Below are positions 13,751 through 27,428 of a stretch of DNA of 64,000 nt, piece after piece (within the stretch, counting starts at the first letter, position 1; the number at the start of each line of letters is the position of its first letter). Source of the stretch: Azolla caroliniana (taxonomy: Eukaryota > Plantae > Polypodiophyta); assembly GCA_043228905.1 (NCBI GenBank), contig JBHGNT010000022.1:1-64000 (forward strand), read 5' to 3'. Under the pieces are notes generated by a model. It saw only the letters and a list, made by a program, of their open reading frames with translations, was not told the origin of the DNA and ran no database searches. Both the position numbers and the translations under genes were made by a program.

Positions 13751-15051
13751 TGGAAACCTTTACCACTTGCATACCGTACTCCAACCACTACAAAAATAAG
13801 AGCACATTTCCAACTCTATTGTTGATCATGTTCCATACCACAACATGTGATTCATAGTCATGTAACAATCACATACATAAATAAAGTGTTGTGTTTATTC
13901 ATAAATAAAGATATGAATATCAATATAATAATTTTCTTTTACTCTCGCATGAATGCATAAAAAATATGGACTATAACTTATAAATTGTTGTGTAGTGTGT
14001 TATGAGCTTGATAGGGTCGCGATCATGTTTACTAAATACCATGTCATGTTTCGTGGTACTCCTGTTAAATGTAGATGAAACACTTGGTGAGAATTTATAG
14101 TTTTCGTCCTATTTTGTGCATAACATTCTGGTAGAGTCAATACATCGGCAGATGTAGACGACTTCAAATAGGATCTTCACATTCGTACATTTATTATCAT
14201 ATTTAAATAGGGGAAGCGGGCTTGATAAATTGTGATTTGATAGGAGATTTGTTTCTAGTGGATAGAGTTTGATTAACATACTTGGGTAAATCCTTGGATT
14301 TTTGGAACATTTATATTGGTAAATTACCTCCAGAAATGAGCTAGTTATCGTAGAGTGAGCTCTTGGAATGAGTACAACTAGCTTCGAAAGGCAAGTATAA
14401 TTGAATATATCAAAGCGAAGGGTGATTGTTTCTTGTTTAGTGTGACATAATCTGTGTGAAATTTAGTGTGTTTGTAAAAATTATTGGTACCATGGGGAAC
14501 TTAACGATTAGGCACTACACTTCTTCAAACTCTTGGGAACACTAATCTTTAAAGTCAACCTTGGAATTGGATAATGTGGATGTGGGGTATACTTAGTGGG
14601 AAGCGAGACCTTTACTTCGCATCGCTTGAAGATCTCTCCGGCTTCACTAACATTTAACTCTCCTCTATCCGTGATTCCCTCTTCCGTACAATGTCTACGA
14701 CGACTTCTCATAGGAACTCGTACACTCCCATCATGGTATTGTTTCTACGAGCCCTTTCTTCTATATTGTTTGTACAGGTTTGACTAGGAGGCACGAAATA
14801 TTTCATCAACACTGAATCTAACCTTGGCAATACAAATTGTCACTTTGTTGATAAGTTGTTATTCCTAACTAAAGCGTAGAGTTCCATAATCCTTGTGCAC
14901 AATGAGCAAAGGAATAGAGTAAGGTGCACATGATGGGTCTTGTATCCCAATGTCGATATTCTCTTTTAATAACACTCTCAACTTTTGGATGTGGGATCGG
15001 CATAGGGAACAATTTGAAGCTCAATTGTTGACGCACTGCACTCTATTGCTT

Positions 15052-16593
15052 CACGTTGACAGTGTAGGAAGGTCACCTCGTTTACTGTCTACAGCTTGAA
15101 ACAAGCATTGAGGATGTGGTATCAGAAGTTCGATTCCTACATGTATCTGACAACTTGGATTCAACCGGTACGATTCCGACCCGTGCATGTATATTCGACC
15201 ATAGGAAGTCTGATGTACATGATGGTGGCCACTCGACCTGACCTTGCCTATGAGGTAGGAGCCACCAGCCGATACATGTGTAATCCCGAAAAAAGCACTC
15301 GGAAGTTGTACAACGTATATTCTGGTACCTACGCAGCAATGAGAATCTACAACTAACCTTAGGATCAAACTATCCGACCGAGGTCAAGGGCTTCACTGAT
15401 TCTAATTATGTCGGCAACCCCTAGAATCGGAAATCGATATAAGGAATAGAGGCAGAGCGATTTCATGGAGGTCGAAGCGGCAAGAATGTATGACATCACT
15501 CTCCACAATAGAAGTCGAGTACATCGCCACGTCGAATGCAACAAAAGAAGCAATCTAGCTATAGTGACTATCACCCGATTTTTCGGCCAAGAACTAAATT
15601 GTCTATCCAGTGCTTACTCTGTATTGTGACTCACCACGTGCAATCCACCTGCTACGAATCTAGTATATCACGCGAGGATAAAACATATTGAGATGCGATG
15701 TCATCATATCTGCGAGCTCCTCACCGATAAAAAGCTCGAAGTCTGAAAAGTTGATACAAAGGTGAATATCACAGACAACTTGACGAAGCCACTCCTAGAT
15801 CACCACTTCAGCACAATAAGAAGACAGATGGGACTATAGCAAGCTGAGGATCACAAACGAGCCAAATACAAGGAAGTAGTAGGAGAGTCAAAAATTGGAA
15901 GAGTTGTTTGAGTTCAAACGCCAAAGTCCGAACAACCAAAAAACCAAAAAGCTGAAAAGACCACGTAGTCTAAAAGAGTCAAAAGACTACAAGTCGATCG
16001 AAGGGCTGAAGTAGTCAGAAACCGATCGCTAACCCAAGAGTAGGTACAAGGACTAGTCCACAAGAGACGCCATTGGCTCAAGGGCCGAAATCCGATTCGG
16101 CAACATGCCGACTCTAGCATTGTCGATCCGGCAATTAGCCGACCAACTTCTATATTTCTAATTGTAGTTTAAATTTACAATATAATTTAAGATTACGGGG
16201 GATATAACCCCATCTCATTGTAAATAATTAGAGTATTCCTTTTATTGCGGAGTTTTTTGGACAAAATGTCCTAGTCCGCCGAAGTTGTATTCCTAGTGTA
16301 AACACACTATCTCAATAAGGGAGACCCTAACCATAAAACTGTGCAAAGGAGTGCGTGAAAAGTAGTTCGTTGGGATTAGTAATACAATTGTTTTCTCTTA
16401 AGTTCTAACTATCTCTGCAGGTGTCTTCATCTTCATCTTCCTATGTAATCTCAATAATTGAACATCGCACAATATTCACATTCTCACTTGTCATCTTGTT
16501 TGCTTGATCCATATACAAGATCCTATTTGGTATTTTGCAAGCAACCCAGTTATCATCTCACACAGCTAACTAAGACACAACAGTGTCCAACAA
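15052..16593 (+). mobile_element. Truncated copia remnant, unit 5
   Basis: Copy of 721-2262. Confidence 0.85.
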
Positions 16594-17028
16594 TGAGAAG
16601 ATGATTTTCGACGATATCGTAGGAGGAGAACGTCAAGGCCTTATTTCTCCTCTTTCCGAGTTTCCAATGTTATTCATAAATGACTATTGACAAATAAGAG
16701 AAGTAGACGTCATCAAGCATCACATCAATTGATTAAACATCATGTCACCAAATCAATTTTTGGAAAATGAAAAGGTTGAAAATTATTAGGAAACATTAAG
16801 GAAAGCGAAAAAATTATCCAATAATAACACTTTGAGACTTTTCAAATTTCCATGGATGTTGTTATCGCTAATCGTTTGCAAAACAATTGTTGACTTTTCA
16901 CAATAATTGAAGGGTCTAGTGGCACTATAAAGAGACAAAGGATCAAGTTGAGTAACAACATCAAGCATACCTATTTACAGAGCCTATATAGTATAAGTAG
17001 CATCCACAATATCAAATTATATTTTATC

Positions 17029-17346
17029 ATGGACAAGAAGTTGCAAAGGTGCCTCCTTTTGTCTGTTTTTCTTCTTGTCACGACCATGGTCATTCATGGG
17101 CCGTCGACGACCTACGCTCAAGTCTTGAACGCCGACGTCTCCATCTGTCTAAATGTTCTTACTGACTTGTTAACTAACACCGTGTGCTCTATCCTACAAA
17201 GTACCATAACCCCAGCCTCTCCATGTTGTGTCTTGCTTGCAACAACTTCTGCATGTGCCACCGTTAACGGTACCCTTTCGCAATCTCTCCCACCCGCTTC
17301 TTTGACACCTGCTCAAATTCAAATCCTTGCCCAATGCGGTCTCTAA
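17029..17346 (+). CDS. Secreted 6-Cys prolamin-like protein, copy 5
   Basis: Identical translation to copy 1. Confidence 0.85.
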   Translation: MDKKLQRCLLLSVFLLVTTMVIHGPSTTYAQVLNADVSICLNVLTDLLTNTVCSILQSTITPASPCCVLLATTSACATVNGTLSQSLPPASLTPAQIQILAQCGL

Positions 17347-18174
17347 TGGAAACCTTTACCACTTGCATACCGTACTCCAACCACTACAAAAATAAGAGCA
17401 CATTTCCAACTCTATTGTTGATCATGTTCCATACCACAACATGTGATTCATAGTCATGTAACAATCACATACATAAATAAAGTGTTGTGTTTATTCATAA
17501 ATAAAGATATGAATATCAATATAATAATTTTCTTTTACTCTCGCATGAATGCATAAAAAATATGGACTATAACTTATAAATTGTTGTGTAGTGTGTTATG
17601 AGCTTGATAGGGTCGCGATCATGTTTACTAAATACCATGTCATGTTTCGTGGTACTCCTGTTAAATGTAGATGAAACACTTGGTGAGAATTTATAGTTTT
17701 CGTCCTATTTTGTGCATAACATTCTGGTAGAGTCAATACATCGGCAGATGTAGACGACTTCAAATAGGATCTTCACATTCGTACATTTATTATCATATTT
17801 AAATAGGGGAAGCGGGCTTGATAAATTGTGATTTGATAGGAGATTTGTTTCTAGTGGATAGAGTTTGATTAACATACTTGGGTAAATCCTTGGATTTTTG
17901 GAACATTTATATTGGTAAATTACCTCCAGAAATGAGCTAGTTATCGTAGAGTGAGCTCTTGGAATGAGTACAACTAGCTTCGAAAGGCAAGTATAATTGA
18001 ATATATCAAAGCGAAGGGTGATTGTTTCTTGTTTAGTGTGACATAATCTGTGTGAAATTTAGTGTGTTTGTAAAAATTATTGGTACCATGGGGAACTTAA
18101 CGATTAGGCACTACACTTCTTCAAACTCTTGGGAACACTAATCTTTAAAGTCAACCTTGGAATTGGATAATGTG

Positions 18175-21135
18175 CACGTGGGTTATACTTAGTGGAAAGA
18201 GAGACTTTTACTCAGAATCGATTCAAGAGCTCTCTGGCTTCATTAACATTTAACTCACCTCTATTCGTGATTATCTCTTTCTTACAAACTTGTACGTTGT
18301 CTTCTCATAGGAACTCGTACACTCCTATCCTAGTATTGATTCGTAGAGCCCTTCCTTCCAAGTTGTTTGTACGGTCTTTCCTAGTAGGGACAAAATATTT
18401 TATGAACAGTGAGTCGAACCTTGGCAATACATATTGTCCCTTTGTTAATAAGTTTTTCGTCCTAACTAAAGTGTAGAGTTCCATTTTCCTTGCACACAAT
18501 GAGCAAACGACTAGAGTAAGGTGCACATGATGGCTCACGTATCCCCTTGTCGATATTCTCATTTACTAACACTCTCAACTTTGGGATGTGGTCTTGACAT
18601 AGGGAACTGTTCGAAGCTTAATGATCGACACACCCTATTGCCTCCCACAAGAAGACCAATTTACTTCCAATGGGTTTCAAACATTCTTCTTATCCTTGAA
18701 TCAGCTTTTGGCAATAGCAAGGCACTCCCCACTTATCAGGAGCTTTCCTCATATTTTGTAGGTAGAGACATAACCCCATTCATCTTTAGCAAATTATCAT
18801 CTTAGAAGGGGGTAGCAACACAAACTTCACCTTGTTATCCATTATTTGTGCTTTGTGTATACATTGATCGTATTCTCCCTTTCATCCCTCAATTCAAATT
18901 CGTCAATGGTGATATTAATGTCAACTGATTGATTGCACCTAGGATAGATTGAAATGTACAACTCGTAATTTGTGTTAATGTGCTTTGAAATGTTTTTGCA
19001 TTATCAATATTTCCCTTTCCCCATAATTGAAAAGAAAAAACGAATATCTCACCATACAAAACAAAGTTTTTTTCCTACAATGGCAAGCAAGAAAGGGAAA
19101 CCTTAGTGAGTGATGAATCCTTATCGGATTGGGAGGAGAATACATCCTACGTGGTGTCCGAGTAGGAAGGAGAAGTCATTGAAGATGAGAGCATTGTAAA
19201 GTTGGAGGAAAAAGTGAAGATGATTTCCAATGATATCGAACGAAGAGAATGTCAAGGGTTTATTTCTCTTCTTTTTGAGTTTCCAAAATTATTCATAAAT
19301 GACTATTGACATATAAGAGATGTAGACATCATCAAGCATCACATCAATTGATTAAACATTGCTTGAAAATGGAAAGGTTGAAAATTAGTAGGAAACATTA
19401 AGGAAGGAAGGTCCTCTCCCTTTCTTTAGTCAGGGGGCATCCACATAAGATGGAACTATCGCGTCCCTTCAGGGATTTGTATATAATCGTCTCATTTGTA
19501 AAATTTTATAACTAATGGAAGGAATTTTTTTTTGGAAAAAAAAAAGAAAAAGAAAATTAAGATGTCACCATACACAACAACTTTCCTTTTTGTCAACCTC
19601 TATCCTAGTGAAGAAACTAGCCTATACACCATCAAAATCATTTCACCAAATGAATTGCTTGACAATAAAAAGTTTGAAAATTATTTGGAAACATTAAGGA
19701 AGGCAAAACAATTCTTCATCAATAATACTTCGAGTTTTTTTAATTTCCTTGGATGTTGTTATCACTAATCATTTATAAAACGTTTTGTTGACTTTTGAGA
19801 ATACTTGAAGGGTCTAGAGGCACTATAAAGAGGCTAAGGATAGAGTTTGAATAATAACAAGAAACATACCTATTTACAGAGTCAATGTAGTGTAACTAGC
19901 ACTGACTATATAAAAATCATATTTTATCATGGGGGGGAAGTTGCAAAGATGCCTACTTTTGTCAGTTTTTCTTCTTTTGACAACAATAGTCATTCATAGG
20001 CCGTCAACGACCTATGCTATTAACATTCCTCAAATCTTGTCTATCGATGTCTCCATTTGTATCGATGTCCTTTCTAACTTGTTAACTAGCATCACATGTA
20101 CGACTCTAGAAGGTACCATCAACCCGACCTCCCAATGTTGTCTCTTGCTTGTAAGAGCGTCTGCATGTGGCGCCAATGCCCTTTTGGGATCTATTCCACC
20201 CTCTTCTTTCACAACTGCCCAACTAGAAATCCTTTCCCAATGCGGTGTTGAATCAATACCCATACCAGTTGCATCTCCTACTCTAACCCCAACTCCAACA
20301 CCAACTCCACTTCCCTCTCCAACGCCGGCACCAACTATTGCATAAATTAGAGCAAATTTGCGATTCTATCATTGATCATGTTCCATAACACAATATGTGA
20401 TTCATATTGCAACAATCAAATACACAAATAAAACTATATTTATTTCTCAACTAATATATGAATGAGAATATAATAACAATTTCCTTCCATTTTCATAAGG
20501 ATGCACCAAAATATGGTCTAGAGTATAAGTCATTCTATACTGTTTTATGAGCCTTAATAAGGCCATCATGCTTGCTAAATTCCATGCTAAGTTTTCTACT
20601 ATTTTTGTTTAATATACACTAAAGCCTTGGTGGGCATTTGTACTTTTCTTCCTCTTTTGTGCATTACATACCGGTAGGGTCAATACATTGGCACACATAA
20701 ACATAAGCAAATAAGATGGTTCTCACATCTTCACATTATATGCTTCACATTTGCATAAAGGGTGCGAGCTCGATAGATTGTGATTTGAAATAGGAGATAT
20801 TGTTTCTAGTGTTTTGCCTAACATACATCGATAAATTGTGATTTGCCTAACATACATCGAGTAAATCCTTGGATTAATGGATCATTTCTACCCATGAGCA
20901 TACACATACTCCATTTGATGAAAGCAAATTCCATAAATTAATTAGGCATGTTCATTAGAAATATAGGTGAATGTTAACATCCTAATTTTCCTTACATAAA
21001 ACACGACCTCCAAACAATCTAGGTTTGAGTAGCAAGAAGGACACACTACCTTCGAATAAGAGCTAGTTACCATTGAACAAGCTCAAGGAATAGAAATAAC
21101 TAGCTTCAAAAGGGAAGTATAACTACATATAGAAA
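18175..21135. repeat. Older, diverged paralogous unit of the array
   Basis: Collinear but mismatched homology to unit positions about 248-720 and about 2265-3680. Lacks the copia insertion. Confidence 0.8.
19929..20345 (+). CDS. Secreted 6-Cys prolamin-like protein with Pro/Thr-rich C-terminal tail, 138 aa (diverged paralog)
   Basis: Signal peptide, C-X12-C-X12-CC-X8-C-X24-C, tail SPTLTPTPTPTPLPSPTPAPT, conserved TATA. Confidence 0.88.
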   Translation: MGGKLQRCLLLSVFLLLTTIVIHRPSTTYAINIPQILSIDVSICIDVLSNLLTSITCTTLEGTINPTSQCCLLLVRASACGANALLGSIPPSSFTTAQLEILSQCGVESIPIPVASPTLTPTPTPTPLPSPTPAPTIA

Positions 21136-22109
21136 AAGGATTTGTGATTATTTTGGATTCTTAAAAGTTATCTACTGAAATCCTTTTCTTTGAATTAAGA
21201 TTAGGGTGCATTGATTTGTGAATTAATCATTATGAAGTTCAATGTGTTTCGAAAAACAATGAATATCATTGTCCAATGTAAATGTTGGAAAATACATGTT
21301 TTAATGATTTTGGAAGTAGTTGGATTGAAGTTCTGACTTGGATTACGATTTTGGGGTATACAATAACAAATCACATGCAAAAAATCCATTTTGAATGCTG
21401 CAAAATATTTGAGGAGTAGCAATGATGTTGTTTGACGATTATCCTGTTCATATCGTGATATGGGGTGTGCAAAGGTAGAAAAATGGCAAAATGTCAATTT
21501 TTACTATATCTTAGAAATTTGGTCAAAATGATCGTAGGAGAAAGTAATGAGAAAAAAATTAAAACAATACCAGGTAGCTAAAATGGTAAGAGCTAGCCAT
21601 TAGCAACAAAGGGTCAAGGATTCCAAACCCACTAACAATGAGATATGGGTAAGATGACTTGCAATGTGGTTAAGTATTCAACACTTGGCACACCGATTGC
21701 AGAGATTGTGGCACCAACAAAGGACAATGAGCAAAAATAACCATAGGAAAAGGGGATAAAACAAGCTAAAATAGGAAGTAATGTAAGCCAATGGGCAACT
21801 TAGTGTGAAAGGGAAACATTTGCCTTGTAAAGGCTATTAAAGTGACCTTTTGGTGTGTTTTGTAGGTCTTCTCCAATCTAAGGTAGTTATCTTTCTCTAT
21901 AAAAAGAGGAGAAGGGTGCAACATCATTAGGATTTTGTGAGATCTTTCTTCCTCTTCTTCTTCTTGTCCTCAAGAAACTTGAGGTTTTATGGTTTTATTT
22001 TTTGTCTTCTTCTTCGATAAAGCAAAACCTTGAATTTGGTTGCCCCTTATTTTTCCTTTATTGAGGTAACCTTCACAAATATGGTGCCAAAAAGTTTGAA
22101 CCTGTAACG

Positions 22110-22545
22110 GTCCTCAAGCGCGTTCGAGTTCTTAGTGGCATTCGAGCTCCTTGTCAGGTTTGATTTGCTTACCATGTTCAAGTTTGAGTTCCTAATAGAA
22201 TTTAAGTTCCTTTTCACGTTTGGATTTGCTTATCTTGTTCAAGTTTGAGTTCCTAATCGAATCAGAGTTCATTATCGGATTCCCACTCTGTTCCAGTTGT
22301 CATCATGTATGCGTTCACATTTGATTTCCTTAACGGTCCAAGTTCTCCCCACATTCAAGTTGTTTATTGCGTTTGAGTTTGAGTTCCTAATCGGTTCTGA
22401 GTTCTATATCATATTCAAGTTTCCCATCGTAGTCAAGTTCTCACCGAATCTGAGTTCATGTTCAAGTTCTTTGTTTGAAGCGAGTTCTCCCCATGTTTGA
22501 ACTTGTATTCAATTTGCTTATCATGTTCGAGGTGGAGTTCAAGAA
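22110..22545. repeat. Degenerate short-period repeat region (GTTC[A/G]AGTT; TTGCTTAnCnTGTTCAAGTTTGAGTTCCTAAT), probably an LTR-element leader remnant
   Basis: Related copies of about 35 bp at about 22165, 22226, 22370 and 22514, preceded by CTATAAAA and a CT-rich tract at about 21897-21970. Confidence 0.45.
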
Positions 22546-24869
22546 ACCCCAAAATGGTTTGATAAGAGGCATGTTAAAGAATATTTGATATGCATCTAGA
22601 GGAAAAGGAAAGTACATGAACATGAGTCCATATTTTACTTAGCACATGACTTGGAGAACAATCCAAAATAAATCCAATTTTGAGTTCCTGGAGACACACA
22701 TATTGAAGACATGGAGTAGTGCCACCAAACCAATATGCACACTTACATTAAAAATAGATTTGGGGTTCTCATTAATTTCGAGATAAAAAAGTGAATATGA
22801 CACTAATGTTACATCAATGTATAAAATATAGAGCAAACCACTTCAAAATGCCACACAAATGAGAACAAATGAGAGAATGATTTTCAAGAATGCCTAGAAG
22901 GTCTTACCAACTCATCTACTGGATTGCTAAATCAAACCCATAGAAGATTGAAACACTACAATCTACGATGAATTTTGGATACAATCTAGTTTTTCATTTC
23001 TCTTTTTGTTCTACCATTTCAAAGTAACCCACCCACACGATAGAGTGCACCTTTGTAACAAGTGTTGGTTCCATGGGTCATCCTGGTTCCCACTAGAATT
23101 AATATAGTATCATCATATCCCCCTCCTCTCATCAACTTCGTTAAACGACTTCTTCAAACTTTTTATTTTACCAGTTCCTTTTGTCATGTAAATAAAGAAA
23201 AAGAGAATTGGATGTTATACAAGGAAAAAAGGAAAGAAAAAGTAAAAAGGTGTTTTGAAAGGCCCATGGGAGAGAGATAGATGGATTATTATTGTATGTT
23301 GGTAAGTAGATAGATTTTATTATCATCCTCCCATGTCAAAATATACATTTTTAATTATTAGATGAGAGAGATGGAAGGTGGATAGATAGATTATATTGTT
23401 GTCGTCAAAGGTCATACATATATGTAGAGGGAGTTGGGGGGGGGATCAATGTAATTCAATTGATAACGTTGTATGATGGACGAAAGCTAAATAATATTGC
23501 ATTCAACCTTGGCTTGATCACTCTCTCGCTCACTCACTCATATCAATCATATAAATAAAGTTACAATAGTGGGTGGAAGTGTCAATCAATGGGTGAAATG
23601 TTTACATGCAATGTATTTGAATTACAACATTCAATGAATCAAGTTGGCCACACCATTCAATGCATTTCAAATTTGTTTAATTTGATGTATTGTCGTAAGT
23701 TGCACATTGCATTCTCTTCTAGACAAACAAGTATGTAAAAGTGTTTTCTCAATATTGGGGATTCAAGCAAAAGAGAGAATGTACCTATACATTTATGAAA
23801 GCAAGGTGTCATTTTCACAATTGGTGGTCTTATATCTTAAACGAAAATGAAAAAGCACAACATTTACAGTGAATTCTCATGACATGTTGACCTCCATAAA
23901 GACGTGCCCAACTTTCAAGCCACACAAAATCAATCATGCTGGAAACCTTGCGATTAGCCCTTCTAGAAGGTGATTGGGTGATCTACGCCAACTCATAGTA
24001 AATATAGTCCTTTAATACTCATATAAACGTAATAAAATAGACTCATAATACAAAACCAATTTTTCTTTATGAAGGAGATAACATTATCCAAAGTTTGAAT
24101 TCCATGCCTATAGACAATAGAGTTTCCTAATCATCATTCTTCAAATGTCTTGACTCTTGAATTCTACATCATCAAAGTCAAAGACGCCATCTAGTACAAT
24201 ACGTATGTATTTCTAATTTTGTTTAAGGGGCAAGAAACTTGCTACTCTCCTCTCAAATTAGATTACTTGTTTTGGTTGGAGTTTGTAGTTGTTGCTCAGG
24301 GTTACTTGCACCAACCTTCCCATTTGCTGATGTCTTTCACCATAGAACAATTTCCCATAATTTAGCCTCAACTCCCAATTGAGAACACTATATTTCCTTG
24401 CTTATATTTGCAATTACATTTTGTTGCCAACAATGTTATTTCTTTTTATTGATCCTAGAGCTCGATGACAAATTAATACATCTAGAATTCACCAACAAAA
24501 ATACATTTGGGTTATGTAGTTGCACTGGTAAGCATGGTTTCATTTTCAAAACATTCTTATTTACTCATTCACATCGTTCAAACAATGTGATGTGATAGTT
24601 TGAATACATGATGTGGCATACTTTCATAAAACCTTCGAGAAACTTCAACATTTTGAGTTAATTTGATTAACTTTGATTGCTCCTAAATTAGTTCGACGAT
24701 GTAACCTCGTGTGCTAAAACGTCTAAAAAGCTTTATAACATTTTGAAAACTCATTTGAGCCATGAATCATGATTCCAAGAATGCATTGGGAGGAATAACA
24801 AATGGGAAGAAATTTTCATTAAGCCAAAAAATATTAATTAGAATCCATCTCAAGAAGAAACGTTGTTTC

Positions 24870-27428
24870 TCATAAATCAATAAGTTGTTGTATATTCATC
24901 GGGGAAATGTAAGTGCTTCCACTAAAGAACTCATCGGCAAGTATTTTGTAACCAGCTTGTGAAGGGTGATATGGGTCCCAAAAGAAGTATTTGTTCCTAT
25001 CGGGGCAAGCATTGACAAATGATTGGCAATTTATGATCCCTTGCTTGGATCCCAATGCACCACAACAAGCTAGGTCGGCATTCTCAAATCCTAGCACAAA
25101 ATAATGACAAAATTGATATAAACAGCAAAGGATTGGAGTAAAATCAATACACATGAATATGCACATACAACACATCTACATAACTTATCTATTACTACGT
25201 TTTACGTATATTTACTATGAAAGATGATGCCACGTGTGTACCATATTGTTGGTAATTGTTGAGGATATGGAGTTGGACGTTGTAGCCATCGGCGTAGAGG
25301 AATGTGGCTCCAGGGAGATTGGTGTTAAGCTCATTGACAAGAGATTGAAGAAGAACATTGAACTCGCTCGCGACTCGGTTCGCTCTCTCATTGCATTGCC
25401 CTTTGGATCCCAAATTCAATGAACGCAAATAGGGAATGCACCCAAGAAGAGGTATATTCACGACTAGGAATTTGCGTCCACCATCGTTGTATAGCCTCTA
25501 TATACAATACCCATAAGCATATGCATTCAATTCATATGCATACATAAGAAGCTTAAAAGCTACTTTGAAAGTAGTTAATACATATGCCGGGCATACACCC
25601 GACTTACTATACATATGCTATGCACAAATGTTAAGATTGCAAACTAGTGCACCAAGCTAGCAAATATAATCCTTTATATGACGAAGTTGCACCAAGCTAG
25701 CAAATAAATGATCCTTTATACCACGATAAACATGATGCTTTATATCCAAAAGCATGTTCATCGAGGACAAATGTGTCAATAGACTAGTGCACCTAGCTAG
25801 CAAATATGATCATTTATATGACAAAGTTGCACCAAGCTAGCATTAATATGATCCTTTATACCACAATAAACGCGATGCTTTATATCCAAAAGCATGTTCA
25901 TCGGGAACAAAATTGACTAAGCTTTTCTTGTGAATTAGAGTAGATGAATTGAGCTCTTACAGTGAGTTGAGTCCTATATTTGGTGATGACTTTGCGATTG
26001 AACTCGGGGGAGGGCAAGAAGAAGTCAGAGGTGTCCGGGAAGGGATTGACGTAGTTGTTGAGGAAGTCATTGGCTCCAATGCTCATGGAAAAGAGGGCCT
26101 TTGACACAAGCTTGTTGGCGGCTTCCTCACTTCCCAATACCTTCCTTAGCTCCACTAGCGTGTTCTCGAAATTCTCGATTTGGACATCCAACGATAGTCT
26201 CTGGATCTACAAATTATCCCCGTTTCATGTCGCGACCCCCCGAATACACACAGAATGAGTGCATAACCAGGTCAATCAAACCTTAGCAATTACTAGGAAT
26301 ACTTAAGTGGGTTCCCTACATACATATTCTGGCCTTTTTGTTCCACATACAATGCATGCATCCTCATTCATCCCTAACATACATTTCAGCCCTTTTGCTG
26401 CACACACACAATGCATCATCTATCACCATCATGTGCATTCGGCCCTTTCGCTGCACTTGCATGCGATCGTTTTATTACACACAATGCCCTTCCTTATATA
26501 GACAATCCGAGGAGCCGTTTTGTTGGACAACAATATATTTAATATCAACATCTTCATCATGATTCGTACATACATTCAGCCTTTTTGTTGTGCACATCCA
26601 TTATCATCACATCATTATTATCATTACCAACATACAATGCATTCATCATTTTTTTTTCATCATGAATCACAATGGGGATTCAGCCCTTTGTTTCACAAAC
26701 AACATGCATGGCCATTACATTTCCTATGAACACACAAATTATGCATCCATCATCATCATCATACACAAGTAGTTGTGGTCATTTGGATTCATGCCTACTT
26801 TTGAGACATATACAAATCGACTTGGAATCTTACAAAGACACGCCCGGTTTCATTGAGAATCCCTCCACCTCCGGATGCATAGTTGACACCATGAAGGATA
26901 GCTTCGCCATGTGTTGAAGGATCCATGTATGGTGGCACAAAGTTCTTGAGGCCTGCCTCGAAACCTGGCACACTCAAACACTACATTTCAGAGAAGACAT
27001 GGACACTCCTAATCAGTCACAAACCAAGACAACAAACATGTTCAATACAAAACATACCCATACCCATAGACAAACACATACACATACACATACACATAAC
27101 ATACACATACACATACACAAATTAACTATCACAATCACATACACATACAATATGTAATTTACTGACCAATCATGTCAGGGATGGTGAGGCCATTGGTGAA
27201 TCTTCCGGTGGTAGTTCTCGAGTTAGGGGATGGGAAATCGATGCCATTGGGGAGATGGTTGGCTTTAGCTTGGCTTAAGGGGAGGTAGTTATTATTCCCC
27301 ACATCCACTAGAGAGTCGCCAAACACAAAGACCGTATCGAGCTTTGCATCAACTACATGGGTGTTGCTTACTAGGCCTATGATCACTACCATGAGGAGTA
27401 AGACCACAAAACCATGTTGAGAGGCCAT
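24870..27428 (-). CDS. GDSL esterase/lipase, 5 exons (27167-27428, 26834-26964, 25961-26206, 25242-25497, 24870-25090), 371 aa
   Basis: All introns are GT-AG and phases are consistent (1116 nt). Signal peptide, FVFGDSLVDVGNN, GRFTNG, GVNYASGGGGIL, IGANDF and FFWDPYHPS (Ser-Asp-His triad intact). Confidence 0.96.
25643..25911. repeat. About 140-bp tandem duplication in GDSL intron 3
   Basis: Two copies starting ACTAGTGCACC at 25643 and 25783, each with two TGCACC(A)AGCTAGCA subrepeats. Confidence 0.85.

Larger units (their letters stand above)
1..18174. repeat. Tandem array of a 3596-bp unit (5 full units plus a partial one; runs off the left edge of the window)
   Basis: The sequence at position 1 recurs at 3597, 7193, 10789, 14332 and 17928. 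The fourth interval is 3543 bp because of 27- and 26-bp deletions. Identity stops abruptly after 18174. Confidence 0.98.

Noticed and set aside
26307-27125. His-rich plus-strand ORFs
   Set aside because: Antisense to GDSL introns and exon 2, derived from CAT/CA microsatellites.
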